Source: Phycisphaeraceae bacterium (GTDB lineage: Bacteria; Planctomycetota; Phycisphaerae; Phycisphaerales; Zrk34). Taken from it: a stretch of DNA of 64,000 bases. The position numbers and the translations under genes are program-made. The notes beneath the pieces are model-generated. The model had not been told where the DNA came from. It saw only the letters and a list, made by a program, of their open reading frames with translations, and did no database searches. Shown piece by piece: positions 47,758-56,533 of the stretch. Location: the NCBI GenBank assembly GCA_040905565.1, contig JBBDRF010000021.1, positions 64,001 through 128,000 on the forward strand, read 5' to 3'. How positions within the stretch are numbered: position 1 is the stretch's first letter; every line of letters starts with the position of its first letter.

Positions 47758-49089
47758 TCAACTCAGCATGATGAACGCCCATCCCGCAGCCGTTCCCAGC
47801 AGAAGCCACGGCACGCAGGCGACCTCGCGGAGCGGATGATTCAGCGATTCCTGACGCAGGCCTCGCATCATCAGGGGCCAGCCCGCGAACTCCGCAAGTG
47901 CAACCGCCCACACAGCGCCGGGTAATTCCCCTGTCATCCAGCCGAGGGGAACTCCTACGAACAGGCACCCCGCCTTCGCCGCCGATGCCGACGCTGCGTA
48001 CTGAGGCTTACCCAGCGCCATCAGGCACACCGCCGAAGGTGGAAGCAGGCAGTAGGCGACCAGCCTGAGGGAGAGGACCTGCAGCATCCAGCCGGCTTCG
48101 ATGTAGCGGGGATCGTAGAGCAGGGCGACGACCCGGTCGCCAGCGGTCATCAGAAAGCCCGCCACGGGCAGAACCAGTGCGTCGAGCCGGTCGCGCGCAC
48201 GCCGATACGCCCCGCTCAGCCGCTCCGGATTGTCGCGGGCGACGCGGCTGAAGGCGGGCATCAACACGCTGTGCGAAATCTGCGAGACCGCTTTGCCGGC
48301 CGCTTCGCTGAGCATGTACGCGATGGCATAGAGGCCGAGCGTTCCGGCTGTGACGTACAGGCCCAGCAGCAAACGGTCAGCCTGGGCGGCGAGGAACGCC
48401 ATCGCCGTTGATAGCATGATCCACTTGCCGAAGCTAAGCAGTTCGCCGACGGCGGCGCGATCCCAGCGGAAATGAATCGGCGTCTCCCATAGGAACGTGT
48501 GGCTGAAGACGGCCATCGCTGCGGTGGCGACCACGCCTCCGACCACGAGCGCCCAGACGGTCTGGTAGCGCCAGGCGATGACGATCATCACAAGCAGCCC
48601 GAGGGCCTGTGCGGTGACGCGGGCCGCCATGAGTCCGCCCATCGCCAGCCGACGATGACGCAGCAGGACGGCGGTGCTGTTAAGGCTGACCAACAACGCC
48701 GTGAGCCCCGCCACGGGCAGCAACTGCGCGAGCATCGGCTGGCCGTAGAGTTGTGCAAGCGGCCAGGCGATCACGCAGGAGACCAGCCAGAGGACGCAAC
48801 CCCGCATCACCTGCAACGTCCACGCTGTGTTCAGCAATGCTTCGTCGGTGCGGGAACTGCGGATGACGCCGGGCTTGATGCCCAGATCGCTGAACATCTC
48901 CAGACCCTGCACGAAGGCGTTGACCAGCGCCATCAGCCCGAACGCCTCGGGGAACAGCAGCCGTGCGAGGACCAGATTGCCGCCCAGCCTCAGCGCCTGT
49001 TGCAGCGCGTAGCCGAGGCCGACCCAGGCCGAGCCGCGCAGCGTGAGCGCACGCAAGGACAGCGTTGATGTGGTTGGCTGACGGCTCAT
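47758..49089 (-). CDS. wzx: Wzx-type oligosaccharide flippase
   Basis: LARLL.PE.FGLMA, DLG....VI, NTAWT, FG.W, QAD.LLLG, LGLY..A; multiple TM segments. Confidence 0.88.
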   Translation of the reverse strand: MSRQPTTSTLSLRALTLRGSAWVGLGYALQQALRLGGNLVLARLLFPEAFGLMALVNAFVQGLEMFSDLGIKPGVIRSSRTDEALLNTAWTLQVMRGCVLWLVSCVIAWPLAQLYGQPMLAQLLPVAGLTALLVSLNSTAVLLRHRRLAMGGLMAARVTAQALGLLVMIVIAWRYQTVWALVVGGVVATAAMAVFSHTFLWETPIHFRWDRAAVGELLSFGKWIMLSTAMAFLAAQADRLLLGLYVTAGTLGLYAIAYMLSEAAGKAVSQISHSVLMPAFSRVARDNPERLSGAYRRARDRLDALVLPVAGFLMTAGDRVVALLYDPRYIEAGWMLQVLSLRLVAYCLLPPSAVCLMALGKPQYAASASAAKAGCLFVGVPLGWMTGELPGAVWAVALAEFAGWPLMMRGLRQESLNHPLREVACVPWLLLGTAAGWAFIMLS

Positions 49090-49222
49090 CCCCCTTCGCC
49101 TCCCCCGAGTGTTGATGGTAGCCTTGCGTTGCGTCGCGCGTTGTGCCGGCGTGCACCGTTCACGGCGAACGCTATGATGGCCGCTGGTTATCGAGGGCGG
49201 ATCAGACGGAGTTCACAACACG

Positions 49223-50212
49223 ATGATCGACTGGAAATCTTTGCATGGCGACGCCTTCGCAGGCCGCCGCGTCCTCGTCACCGGCGGGGCGGGGTTCATC
49301 GGCTCGCACCTGTGCGAAGCGCTGATCGAACTCGATGCCCAGGTGGTCGCCCTCGACGATCTCTCAGGCGGCAGCTGGGATAACCTCGCAGCGTTCGGGG
49401 ATCAGGTCGAGCAGATCACGGCCTCGGTTCTGGATACACAGCAGTTGGCCGAAGCCGTGCAGTCGTGCACTTACGTCTTTCATCAGGCGGCGCTCGGCTC
49501 CGTGCCCGCAAGCGTGGAACACCCGCGGCATTACTATCAGGTGAACGTACAGGGAACGCTGGAGGTGCTCGATGCCGCCCGGGCCGCAGGCGTGAAGCGG
49601 GTCATGTTCGCCGCCTCATCCAGCGCCTACGGCAACCCGCCGGACACCGGCCCGAAAAGCGAAGACCTGCCCCCGCTGCCGCAGAGCCCCTACGCCGCCA
49701 CCAAGCTCGCCGGTGAACACACGTTGCGAACCTGGTTTCACAGTTACGGGCTCGACGGCGTCAGCCTGCGTTACTTCAACATCTTCGGGCCACGGCAGAG
49801 CCCCGATTCGGCGTACGCCGCCGTCATCGCCGCCTTCGCGTCCGCCCTGCACCAGAATCGCAGGCCAACGATCTTCGGCGACGGCACCCAGACGCGCGAC
49901 TTTACCTATGTCGCCAATGCCGTCCACGCCAATCTGCTGGCGGCGGCCCACCCGCAGCCCCTCCAGGGCCGGGTCCTGAACGTCGCAGCGGGCCAGCGCG
50001 TCTCGCTGAATCAGCTCTACCACGAGATGGCAGCCCTGTTCAATCGCCCTGATCTGGCCCCGGAATATCACCCGGCTCGGGCCGGCGACATCGCCCATTC
50101 CCAAGCCGATCTCACCCGCACGCGGCAGGCCCTTGGGTATGAGCCGCAAATCTCGTTCTCGCAAGGTCTTGAAGAGACGGTCGCGTGGTATCAGCAGCAC
50201 CTGCTTCGGTAG
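49223..50212 (+). CDS. NAD-dependent nucleotide-sugar epimerase (WbpP/UDP-GlcNAc 4-epimerase-like SDR)
   Basis: TGGAGFIGSH, HQAALGSVP.S, ASSSAYG, SPYAATK, LRYFNIFGPRQ.P.S.YAAVI, GDGTQTRDFTYV.N. Confidence 0.9.
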   Translation: MIDWKSLHGDAFAGRRVLVTGGAGFIGSHLCEALIELDAQVVALDDLSGGSWDNLAAFGDQVEQITASVLDTQQLAEAVQSCTYVFHQAALGSVPASVEHPRHYYQVNVQGTLEVLDAARAAGVKRVMFAASSSAYGNPPDTGPKSEDLPPLPQSPYAATKLAGEHTLRTWFHSYGLDGVSLRYFNIFGPRQSPDSAYAAVIAAFASALHQNRRPTIFGDGTQTRDFTYVANAVHANLLAAAHPQPLQGRVLNVAAGQRVSLNQLYHEMAALFNRPDLAPEYHPARAGDIAHSQADLTRTRQALGYEPQISFSQGLEETVAWYQQHLLR

Positions 50213-50326
50213 TGATACATCAGGAGCCGGTTTGTCAGCAGCCGGTGCGTCGCCAAACCGGTTTGCGACCATCCCGCCCCGGCTCGGGGACGAGTGGGTC
50301 CTTGCGTATTATGACAACCTTTTGCT

Positions 50327-50355
50327 TTGACACCGGCTCCTGACGGGAGTAGCAT
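50327..50355 (+). promoter_or_regulatory. Putative sigma70-type promoter for the second pilin gene
   Basis: TTGACA (50327-50332), 17-nt spacer, TAGCAT (50350-50355), about 60 nt before the ATG. Confidence 0.65.
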
Positions 50356-50415
50356 CAAAGTGGTGAATACTGCATTTCTCGACGTTTATCCGGTCAGAAA
50401 ATGAGGAGCAGCACG

Positions 50416-51279
50416 ATGAATCTTACGTTCCACCGATCAACCGCTCGGGGCTTTTCGCTCATAGAGCTGCTAACTGTGGTGCTGATTATCGCGCTGCTTG
50501 CAGGCATCCTCCTACCCACGCTCAACTATGCCCGCGAACGGGCGCAGAGTGCTGCGAAAATGGCGCAACTCCGCGCCATCGGCACCGCCGCCGACAGCTA
50601 CCACATGTCGTTCAATGCCTATCCCGGCTACTACGCCGACGGCGATCTGCTGCAGTCTGGTGATGCGGCTGACGTCAACGCGAACCAGAACCTGGTGCTT
50701 TCGCTGATGGGTGGTGTCGATCCCGACGGGACGATCAATCCAGACTCTTTCGGAACGGGTCCGCGGACGATGGCGGGTCAGCGTTACGACGCGTTCTACT
50801 CCCCGTCACCCGAAGAGTTGATGATGGACGCTAACAGTTGGGAACTCGGACCCGGCGGGCTGGATCCCGACGTCCCCATGATCGTCGACCCCGTCAGCGG
50901 CGCGCCGATCTTCTACAGCCGCGTGAATCCTCAAGGCAACGAACCGGTCACGGAATGGCCGACCGGCGGTGGTCAGGTCGCCTACGGCCCCTACGCCGGC
51001 GGTGCGTTCCCGCAGCGGCATTCAGGTGCGCCGACGCTGCTCAACGCGAACACGATGGCGATGGTGCTCGTGAATGAAAAAATGAGCCCGTTCACCGACG
51101 AAGGTCAGGATCTTGCAGACTGGAACCTTCCGGAGAATGTCATCACCGGCGGCTACGTCCTCATGGCACCCAACCGCAACGGGGTTTTCCTCGAGCAAAG
51201 CAGCCCCGATGTGACGCTTGAAGGCAAGGAGGATCTCACCGAGTTCCGCGACGTCTTCGTCGTCGGCGGGTCACGCTAA
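50416..51279 (+). CDS. Prepilin-type N-terminal cleavage/methylation (pseudopilin-like) protein
   Basis: GAGGAG RBS before MNLTF; RG/FSLIELLTVVLIIALLAGILLPTL..ARE. Confidence 0.88.
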   Translation: MNLTFHRSTARGFSLIELLTVVLIIALLAGILLPTLNYARERAQSAAKMAQLRAIGTAADSYHMSFNAYPGYYADGDLLQSGDAADVNANQNLVLSLMGGVDPDGTINPDSFGTGPRTMAGQRYDAFYSPSPEELMMDANSWELGPGGLDPDVPMIVDPVSGAPIFYSRVNPQGNEPVTEWPTGGGQVAYGPYAGGAFPQRHSGAPTLLNANTMAMVLVNEKMSPFTDEGQDLADWNLPENVITGGYVLMAPNRNGVFLEQSSPDVTLEGKEDLTEFRDVFVVGGSR

Positions 51280-51321
51280 ATTGTTGGATTGAAAAGTGAG
51301 GGGTCAGCGTGGGGACAAGGT

Positions 51322-51331
51322 GGGGGGGGGG
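51322..51331 (+). repeat. G10 homopolymer at the 5' end of a glycosyltransferase gene
   Basis: AAGGT-GGGGGGGGGG-AGCATCGCGC-ATG read directly. Confidence 0.8.
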
Positions 51332-51341
51332 AGCATCGCGC

Positions 51342-52379
51342 ATGCGTTTGTTGGTCGTGATCGTCAATTACCGTACAGCTGATCTCACGATCGACTGTCT
51401 CGATTCCTTGGCTGACGAGATGACCGCGCTTGCCGGGCAGGCGCGGGTGGTGGTGACCGATAACGCCTCGGGCGATGAGTCGGTTCCCCGCATCACGCAG
51501 GCGCTTAACGAGCGCAACTGGGACTGGGTGACTTTCGAACCGCTTGCCCACAACGGCGGCTTCTCCTACGGCAACAACGTGCCGATCCGTCAGGATCTGG
51601 TGAGTGAAGACCCCGCTGACTTCTACCTGCTGCTGAATCCCGACACGCTGGTCAGGCCCGGCGCCTTTACTGCACTGCTGACCTTCATGGCGGAGCATCC
51701 AGACGTCGGCGTCGCGGGCAGTCTGCTGGAATTCCCAGACGGCTCACCTCAGCCGACGCTTCACCGGGCCCCTACGCCCTGGCGTGCGCTGGATGATGGC
51801 GCTCGGATCGGTGTGCTGTCGCGTGTGCTCGGCAATCGCTGCTTCCCGATCATTGCGGAGAACGGGACCCAGCCGTGCGAGTGGGTCTCCGGCGCGAGCA
51901 TGATGGTCCGCCGCCAGGTTTTTGAGCAGGTGGGACTTCTGGACGAAGGCTACTTCCTCTATTTCGATGAGGTCGATTTCTGCATGCGCGTGCAGCAGGC
52001 GGGCTGGAAGATTTTCTGCGTGGTCGAGTCTCGCGTGATGCACCTTGAAGGCGTGTCGACAGGCATCGGCGAAGCGCGAAAACGCCGGGCTCGCTACTGG
52101 TACGAGAGTCGACGCCGATTCCTGCTCAAGTTCTACGGCATCAAGGGGCTGATCATGGCGGATACGCTGTGGTTCGCCGGGAAGATGCTTTCGGTCGTCC
52201 GCCGAATGGGCTGGCCCCTGGGCGATCCGACCCACTTCGTCCGTGACCTGATCGGCGGCGATCTGCGGGCGCTGTCCAACGGAGAGGCACGCAGCCTCGC
52301 CTACGGTGGGGAGGCGGCCGTCGAGGGCACGGATGTTGCAGAGCGTACGCGTCCCGAGCAATCACAAGCGAACCTTTGA
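51342..52379 (+). CDS. GT2 glycosyltransferase (WbbL/rhamnosyltransferase-like)
   Basis: VIVNY, DNASGD, N.GF..GNN, LLNPD, WVSGASMM, LDEGYFLYFDEVDFC.R. Confidence 0.9.
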   Translation: MRLLVVIVNYRTADLTIDCLDSLADEMTALAGQARVVVTDNASGDESVPRITQALNERNWDWVTFEPLAHNGGFSYGNNVPIRQDLVSEDPADFYLLLNPDTLVRPGAFTALLTFMAEHPDVGVAGSLLEFPDGSPQPTLHRAPTPWRALDDGARIGVLSRVLGNRCFPIIAENGTQPCEWVSGASMMVRRQVFEQVGLLDEGYFLYFDEVDFCMRVQQAGWKIFCVVESRVMHLEGVSTGIGEARKRRARYWYESRRRFLLKFYGIKGLIMADTLWFAGKMLSVVRRMGWPLGDPTHFVRDLIGGDLRALSNGEARSLAYGGEAAVEGTDVAERTRPEQSQANL

Positions 52380-52388
52380 GGATGCACT

Positions 52389-53450
52389 TTGTCAGAAACC
52401 CGCGAACAACCTGCAACAGCGGGCGGCGAGCACGAGGCCACCCCCAGCAAGGCGACGTATCGACTGGGCATCGTTGCCATCGGCCGTAACGAGGGCGATC
52501 GGCTCAAGCGTTGCCTGGCGTCGCTGCAGCGCGAGGGGCAGCCGGTGGTCTATGTTGATTCAGGCTCGACCGACGGCAGCGTCGAACATGCGCGGCACGT
52601 CGGCGCCGAGGTGGTGGAACTGGATATGTCGACGCCGTTCACCGCCGCCCGCGCCCGCAATGCCGGGTACCAGCGTCTGCTGAGCAAATTCGGCACGCTG
52701 GATTTTGTGCAGTTTGTCGACGGCGATTGCGAAATGGCTCCGCAGTGGATGGCTACTGCCGTGGCCACCTTCGATGAGCAGCCGGATTTGGCCATCGTGT
52801 TCGGTCGGCTCCGCGAACTCAAGCCCGACGAAACCATCTACAACCGCCTCGCCGATATGGAGTGGGACACGCCGATCGGCCGGGTGCAGGACTGCGGAGG
52901 CATCTTCATGATCCGCAGCGGCGTCTTTCGTGATGTCGAGCAGTTCAACGAACGCATCATCGCCGGCGAAGAACCTGAACTCTGCGCCCGAATCCGACGC
53001 CAGGATTGGAAGATCCTGCACCTCGGTGACGACATGGGCTGGCACGACGCGGCGACGACACACTTCTCGCAATGGTGGAAACGCGCCATCCGAGGCGGCC
53101 ATGCCTTTATGGAAGGCTACATGCACCACCGGGGAACGCCCGAAAGCTACGGCGGGAAATCCGTCCGCAGCAACTTCGCCTGGGGCCTGATCCTGCCGCT
53201 GTTCATCCTCGCGACGGCCTATCCGACCGGCGGGTACAGCCTGATCCTGCTGCTGGCCTACCCAGCGCTCGCGGCAAAAATCACGCTCTACCGCATGAGA
53301 AGTCACGCCAACCCACTGCGCCAAGCGCTGCTGTACGGCCTGTTCACGACGCTCGGCAAATTCCCCGGTGCACTCGGACAGATCAAGTTCTGGGTCAATC
53401 GCCTCAGCGGGAAGCAGACGCGTATCATCGAATACAAAACGGCCGGCTGA
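52389..53450 (+). CDS. GT2 glycosyltransferase with C-terminal TM segments
   Basis: IGRNEG.RL..CL, YVDSGSTDGS, FTAARARN.G, FVDGDC, IAGEEPELC.R, QWW.R..R.G. Confidence 0.9.
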   Translation: MSETREQPATAGGEHEATPSKATYRLGIVAIGRNEGDRLKRCLASLQREGQPVVYVDSGSTDGSVEHARHVGAEVVELDMSTPFTAARARNAGYQRLLSKFGTLDFVQFVDGDCEMAPQWMATAVATFDEQPDLAIVFGRLRELKPDETIYNRLADMEWDTPIGRVQDCGGIFMIRSGVFRDVEQFNERIIAGEEPELCARIRRQDWKILHLGDDMGWHDAATTHFSQWWKRAIRGGHAFMEGYMHHRGTPESYGGKSVRSNFAWGLILPLFILATAYPTGGYSLILLLAYPALAAKITLYRMRSHANPLRQALLYGLFTTLGKFPGALGQIKFWVNRLSGKQTRIIEYKTAG

Positions 53451-53518
53451 AGTCCGACTGCGTAAGCTTTTACCGAAGCGACGCACTTATTGAAACGCCA
53501 TGGCAGGGGGGGCCCGCC

Positions 53519-54871
53519 TTGAATCGTGACGCATCGCCACAGCAATCGCAGCGCGCCGCCGACGCACAGCCACTGCGGGTCGGCTACTTGGTGAATCAGT
53601 ATCCGGCGATCAGTCATACCTTCATCCGCCGCGAAATCGCCGCGCTTGAGCGGCACAACGTCACGGTCCAACGCTACTCAATTCGGCCCAGCGACGCCGG
53701 TGGCAACGCGTTCCCCGATCCGCGTGATGAACGGGAACAGCAGATCACACGAAGCATTCTCAGCGGCGGCCTGAAAAGCCTTGCCGTGGCACTGCTACGC
53801 GAGGCGGCCAGCAATACGCGGCGGATGAGCCGGGCGTTGGCGCTGACGTGGCGGGTGTGGCGGAAATCGAAGCTTTCGCTGCCGCTTCACCTGGCGTACC
53901 TCGCGGAGGCTTGCGTGCTGCATCGGTGGACGGCGGAGGAGAATCTCGACCATGTGCATGCGCACTTTGCGACCAATTCCGCAACCGTTGCAATGTTTTG
54001 CCAGGAGCTGGGCGGACCGCCTTACAGCTTCACCGTACACGGGCCGGAGGAGTTCGACCGGGCTGTGATTCTCGCGATGGATGACAAGATCGCCCGGTCG
54101 GCGTTCGTCGTGGCGATCACCCACTACTGCCGCTCGCAGCTGATGCGTTGGTGTGCGCTGGAGCATTGGGACAAGCTGAAATTGATCCGGTGCGGTCTGG
54201 CGGAGGACTTCCTAGAAGCGCAGCCGCAGCCGATACCTGAGCGTCGACGCTTGATCTCCGTCGGGCGACTGTGCGAGCAGAAGGCACCGCTGGTTCTCGT
54301 CGAAGCGGCGGGGCGGTTGGCAGCGGACGGGCTTGACTTCGAGCTGGTTCTCATCGGCGGCGGCGAGCTGCGAGCGGTGGTGGAACGCCGCATCGCCGAA
54401 CTGCACCTCAACGACCACGTGAAGCTGACGGGCTGGGCCTCCAACGCGATCATCCCCCAGGCCATCTGCGATGCGCGGGCGCTCGTTCTGCCGAGCTTCG
54501 CTGAGGGATTGCCCGCCGTAATGATGGAAGCCTTCGCCTTGGGCCGACCGGTCATTACGACTTACATCGCAGGCCATCCCGAACTGGTTCAGCCGGGCGC
54601 AAACGGGTGGCTCGTTCCGGCAGGCTCGGTCGACGAACTGGCGCAGGCGATGCGGGAGGCACTCGAAGCCCCCGTCGAACGCCTGGAGCAGATGGGCCAG
54701 TCGGGGCGCGAGCGTGTGCGTCGCCTTCACGATGCCAGGCAGTCGACCGCCCAGCTGGCGGTGGAGATCCGCGAGAGCCTGAATCATCGTTCGCCTTCGC
54801 CGACGCGCCTCGGCGCAACGCCGGGCGGATCTCGGGAGGCGCCGCCCGCGACGGCGGAAGTTTCCCGGTGA
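53519..54871 (+). CDS. GT4 glycosyltransferase (WcaL-like); start approximate
   Basis: YP.ISHTFIRREI, HVHAHF, SFTVHG, VGRL.EQK, PSFAEGLP.V.MEA.A.G.PV. Confidence 0.9.
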   Translation: MNRDASPQQSQRAADAQPLRVGYLVNQYPAISHTFIRREIAALERHNVTVQRYSIRPSDAGGNAFPDPRDEREQQITRSILSGGLKSLAVALLREAASNTRRMSRALALTWRVWRKSKLSLPLHLAYLAEACVLHRWTAEENLDHVHAHFATNSATVAMFCQELGGPPYSFTVHGPEEFDRAVILAMDDKIARSAFVVAITHYCRSQLMRWCALEHWDKLKLIRCGLAEDFLEAQPQPIPERRRLISVGRLCEQKAPLVLVEAAGRLAADGLDFELVLIGGGELRAVVERRIAELHLNDHVKLTGWASNAIIPQAICDARALVLPSFAEGLPAVMMEAFALGRPVITTYIAGHPELVQPGANGWLVPAGSVDELAQAMREALEAPVERLEQMGQSGRERVRRLHDARQSTAQLAVEIRESLNHRSPSPTRLGATPGGSREAPPATAEVSR

Positions 54872-54933
54872 TGCTGCGGGCGATCGCCCCGGTTTCGCCC
54901 TCACCTGTTTTGTTTACCCTTGATGACGCTTTC

Positions 54934-55914
54934 ATGATCATCTCGCAGACACCATATCGAGTCAGTTTCGCCGGCGGAGGAACCGACCTGCCGGCGTTCT
55001 ACCGCGAAGAGTTCGGGGCGGTGCTTAGCATGACGATCGCGCAGCACATCTACGTCACGATCCACGGCCGCTTTCAGCCTTCGCTGCGTGTGAGCTATTC
55101 ACAGACGGAAACAGTCGACCGCGCGGCCGACCTTCAGCATGAGCTGGTACGCGAAGCACTGGAAATGATGCAGCTGGACGTGCCACTGGAGATCACGACG
55201 ATCGGCGACGTGCCGGCAGGGACCGGCATGGGATCAAGCAGCACGCTTACCGCCGGTCTGCTGCATGCGATGCACGCCTACAGCGGCCGCGTGGTCGATC
55301 GCAAAAGGCTCGCCGAGGAGGCCTGCCGCATTGAAATCGACGTGCTCAAGAAGCCGATCGGCAAGCAGGATCAGTACGCGGCCGCGTTCGGCGGGCTCAA
55401 CTACATCCGCTTCAATCCCGACGACACCGTCGAAGTGGAGCCGGTGCCCGTGCGGCGGGAAACGATGGGTGCCCTCGAAAAGCACATGCTGCTGCTGAGC
55501 ACGGATCAGCAGCGCGACGCGAACGTGATCCTCAAACGGCAATCCGACGGCACCGCCGACCGCGTGAAGGTGCTTCGCAAGATGCGCGAGCTGGCCGACC
55601 GTATGCGCGAGCCTCTGACGGGGGTGGGGGATCTCCCTGCCTTCGGGCGGATGCTTCATGAAGCGTGGGAGCTTAAGCGGTCGCTCGGCTTCGGCATCTC
55701 CAACCAGCGCGTGGACGAGTGGTACGAAGCAGCCCGTCGTGCCGGTGCCTGGGGTGGGAAACTGCTCGGGGCAGGAGGGGGGGGGTTCCTGTTGGTCATG
55801 GCTCCTCCGGAAAGACACGATGCAATCCGCGAAGCTGTGGGCAGGCCTCGCGAGCTTGCGTTTGCCGCCGATCGTATCGGAAGTCGTATCGTTTTCGTCA
55901 GCGAGCGTCACTGA
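54934..55914 (+). CDS. hddA: D-glycero-alpha-D-manno-heptose-7-phosphate kinase (GHMP family)
   Basis: TPYRVSFAGGGTD, P.GTGMGSSS, IGKQDQY.AAFGG, GGKLLGAGGGGF; next to gmhA. Confidence 0.85.
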   Translation: MIISQTPYRVSFAGGGTDLPAFYREEFGAVLSMTIAQHIYVTIHGRFQPSLRVSYSQTETVDRAADLQHELVREALEMMQLDVPLEITTIGDVPAGTGMGSSSTLTAGLLHAMHAYSGRVVDRKRLAEEACRIEIDVLKKPIGKQDQYAAAFGGLNYIRFNPDDTVEVEPVPVRRETMGALEKHMLLLSTDQQRDANVILKRQSDGTADRVKVLRKMRELADRMREPLTGVGDLPAFGRMLHEAWELKRSLGFGISNQRVDEWYEAARRAGAWGGKLLGAGGGGFLLVMAPPERHDAIREAVGRPRELAFAADRIGSRIVFVSERH

Positions 55915-55945
55915 CGCGTGGACAGAACAAATCAGGGGGAATCGG

Positions 55946-56533
55946 ATGACCAAACTAGGCGTCTCCAGCACACAAGCGTACCTGGACAAGATGACACAGA
56001 TGTTGCAGCGTCTGGATGCCGACGCCGTTGAAGCTTTTGCTGATGCGGTTTTCGATGCCTGGTGCAAAGACCGCGCGGTGTTCGTCTTCGGCAACGGAGG
56101 TAGCGCGTACAACGCTTCCCATTACGTGGCCGACCTGGTGAAGACGGCGGAGGTGCCCGGTCAGCGACGGCTCCGCGCGTTCAGCCTGTCGGACAATGTC
56201 GGCATCCTTACGGCACTGAGCAACGACGTCAGCTACGACAATACGTTTCTCTATCCGTTGCAGACCTACGCGACCGAGGGCGATCTGGCCGTGGCGATCA
56301 GCTGCTCGGGCAATTCGCCGAACGTCGTGAACGCATGCCAGTGGGCGAAGGATAACGGGATGGATCTGGTGGGCCTGACCGGGTTCGCTGGGGGGCAAGT
56401 CGGGCAGATCGCGGACATCCACGTGAACATCCCGAGCGAGAACTACGGCGTGATGGAAGACCTCCACATGTCCGTCGGACACATCGTTGCACAGCGGCTT
56501 CAGCAGCGTGTGAAAGAGGCGATCACGGTATGA
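55946..56533 (+). CDS. gmhA: Phosphoheptose isomerase (SIS domain)
   Basis: FGNGGSA..ASH...DL, TALSND..Y, ISCSGNSPNV, LTGF.GG, EDLH...H. Confidence 0.85.
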   Translation: MTKLGVSSTQAYLDKMTQMLQRLDADAVEAFADAVFDAWCKDRAVFVFGNGGSAYNASHYVADLVKTAEVPGQRRLRAFSLSDNVGILTALSNDVSYDNTFLYPLQTYATEGDLAVAISCSGNSPNVVNACQWAKDNGMDLVGLTGFAGGQVGQIADIHVNIPSENYGVMEDLHMSVGHIVAQRLQQRVKEAITV

